Source: Leptospiraceae bacterium
GTDB taxonomy: Bacteria > Spirochaetota > Leptospiria > Leptospirales > Leptonemataceae
NCBI GenBank assembly: GCA_040217195.1
Contig: JAVJNR010000008.1
Span: forward strand, 480,001-544,000
Reading direction: 5' to 3'
DNA length: 64,000 nt
In this document: piece after piece, positions 62,578 to 64,000 of the stretch
How the letters are laid out: every line of letters begins with the position of its first letter
How positions within the stretch are numbered: the stretch's first letter is position 1
Notes under the pieces: model-generated
What the model was told of the DNA's origin: nothing
The model's database searches: none
What the model saw: only the letters and a program-made list of their open reading frames with translations
Translations under genes and position numbers: made by a program

Positions 62578-64000
62578 CTATTTTAGAGCCACTCTGTCCT
62601 TTTCCAGACCCAGCTTATACTCTTTGTCTGTAGAGAAATCGCCTTTCAGGATAGCCTGGCTTAGAGTGTTTCCCACATCCTTTTGAATCAGTCGTTTCAG
62701 AGGTCGGGCACCGAATTGAGGATCGTAACCCTTCTTGGCCAGATGATTGATCAGTGTGCTTTCCACCTTCACATTCAGACCAGCCTCCCTGGCTCGCTGA
62801 ACAATCTTTCGAAGCTGTATCTTTACAATGTCCTTCAAAGCTTCCTCTGAAATTGGATGATAGTAGATAGTATCATCCAGTCGATTCAAGAACTCGGGAC
62901 GAAAAAATGTATGAAGCTCCTTTTCGATCAAAGCCTTCTTTTCTTTCTCGGATTTGGAGCTATCCATAAGATGATGGCTTCCAATGTTAGAGGTCATTAT
63001 GATTATGGTATTTTGAAAATCCACCATCCGGCCCTTGGAGTCCGTAAGTCTGCCATCATCGAATAGCTGCAAGAACAGATTGAATACATCCGGATGAGCC
63101 TTTTCCACTTCATCGAACAGAATTACCTGATAGGGCCTTCTACGCACAGATTCAGTGAGCTGACCGCCTTCATCGTATCCCACATATCCAGGAGGAGCAC
63201 CGATGAGTCGAGCCACAGCATGCTTTTCCATGTACTCTGACATATCGATTCGAAGCATTGCATTTTCATCGTCGAATAGAAACTTGCTCAAAGCCCGGGC
63301 AGTCTCGGTTTTACCTACCCCGGTGGGACCTACAAACATGAAAACTCCCACCGGCCGATTCGGATCGCTCAATCCACTTCGATTCCTTAAGATTGCTTCA
63401 CTTACTTCCTGAAGTGCATGGTCCTGACCTATGACTGTGGTTCTGAGTTGATCGAACATACCCAGAAGCTTTTCTTTTTCACCCTGCATCATTCTAGACA
63501 CAGGAATACCGGTCCATCGAGAGACTATGGTTGCGATGTCTTCATCAGTGACCTCTTCTTTCAGATACTGCTTCTTGCTCTCCTCAATCTTCTTTTCCAG
63601 GGCTTTAAGCATGTTTTCCAGAGTGACCAGCTTACCGTATCGGATTTCGGCCACTCGATTCAAATCACCAATTCGTTCTGCTTCCTTTTCCTGCATTCTC
63701 CAGGAATCGATTTCTTCGCGCAGGGACTTTGCTTTTTCCACATCCACGCGCTCAGCTTCCCAGACTCCTTTCTTGTTCATGAATTCTTCTTCAAGATTGG
63801 CCAGCTCTCGACCCACAACTTCGAGCCTTTGCTTGGATACTGGATCCTTCTCTTTTTTCAGAGCCTCCCTTTCGATCTTCAGAGACTGAATCTTCTTGGA
63901 TATGATATCCAGTTCTTCCGGAAGGGAATCCAGTTCGATGCGCATTTTACTCATGGCTTCATCGATTAAATCCACAGCCTTGTCCGGCAGGAATCGATCG
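62578..64000 (-). CDS. clpB: ATP-dependent chaperone ClpB, 3' part (starts outside the window)
   Basis: [15 protein letters not shown], long M-domain coiled coil (AEIRYG), [37 protein letters not shown]. Confidence 0.96.
   Translation of the reverse strand, partial: DRFLPDKAVDLIDEAMSKMRIELDSLPEELDIISKKIQSLKIEREALKKEKDPVSKQRLEVVGRELANLEEEFMNKKGVWEAERVDVEKAKSLREEIDSWRMQEKEAERIGDLNRVAEIRYGKLVTLENMLKALEKKIEESKKQYLKEEVTDEDIATIVSRWTGIPVSRMMQGEKEKLLGMFDQLRTTVIGQDHALQEVSEAILRNRSGLSDPNRPVGVFMFVGPTGVGKTETARALSKFLFDDENAMLRIDMSEYMEKHAVARLIGAPPGYVGYDEGGQLTESVRRRPYQVILFDEVEKAHPDVFNLFLQLFDDGRLTDSKGRMVDFQNTIIIMTSNIGSHHLMDSSKSEKEKKALIEKELHTFFRPEFLNRLDDTIYYHPISEEALKDIVKIQLRKIVQRAREAGLNVKVESTLINHLAKKGYDPQFGARPLKRLIQKDVGNTLSQAILKGDFSTDKEYKLGLEKDRVALK

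Overview
Core-chromosome window (about 50% GC by eye) of a spirochete, most likely Leptospiraceae (Leptonema/Leptospira-like). This rests on a FlaA-family gene, the short EF-Ts, a large spirochete-type cNMP-binding protein and a 7TM-DISM chemoreceptor. It holds the rpsB-tsf-pyrH-frr-uppS-cdsA-dxr-rseP-proS-trpB cluster, class II ribonucleotide reductase nrdJ, lysS, carB, surE, sppA, yggS, serA, tRNA-Arg(UCG), pckA, a wzm-wzt-glycosyltransferase locus, trhO, cmoB and partial clpB. Accessory genes include an RHH/PIN toxin-antitoxin-like pair, a MarR-MaoC-paraoxonase-like block, SH3 surface proteins, an adenylate cyclase and a diheme cytochrome c. No transposase, integrase, phage or cas gene was seen. 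The most interesting signals are non-coding or translational. (1) A densely structured ~300-nt leader precedes nrdJ. (2) An orphan consensus sigma70 promoter points at a ~90-nt hairpin RNA candidate between nrdJ and lysS. (3) uppS has no ATG/GTG/TTG start and lies in frame just after the frr UGA stop. (4) Two non-coding tandem arrays (46-bp and 62-bp units, the latter with ABC-ABC higher-order structure) bracket the MarR block. (5) The PIN protein has lost most of its catalytic acidic residues. All calls come from reading the sequence; no database searches were run.
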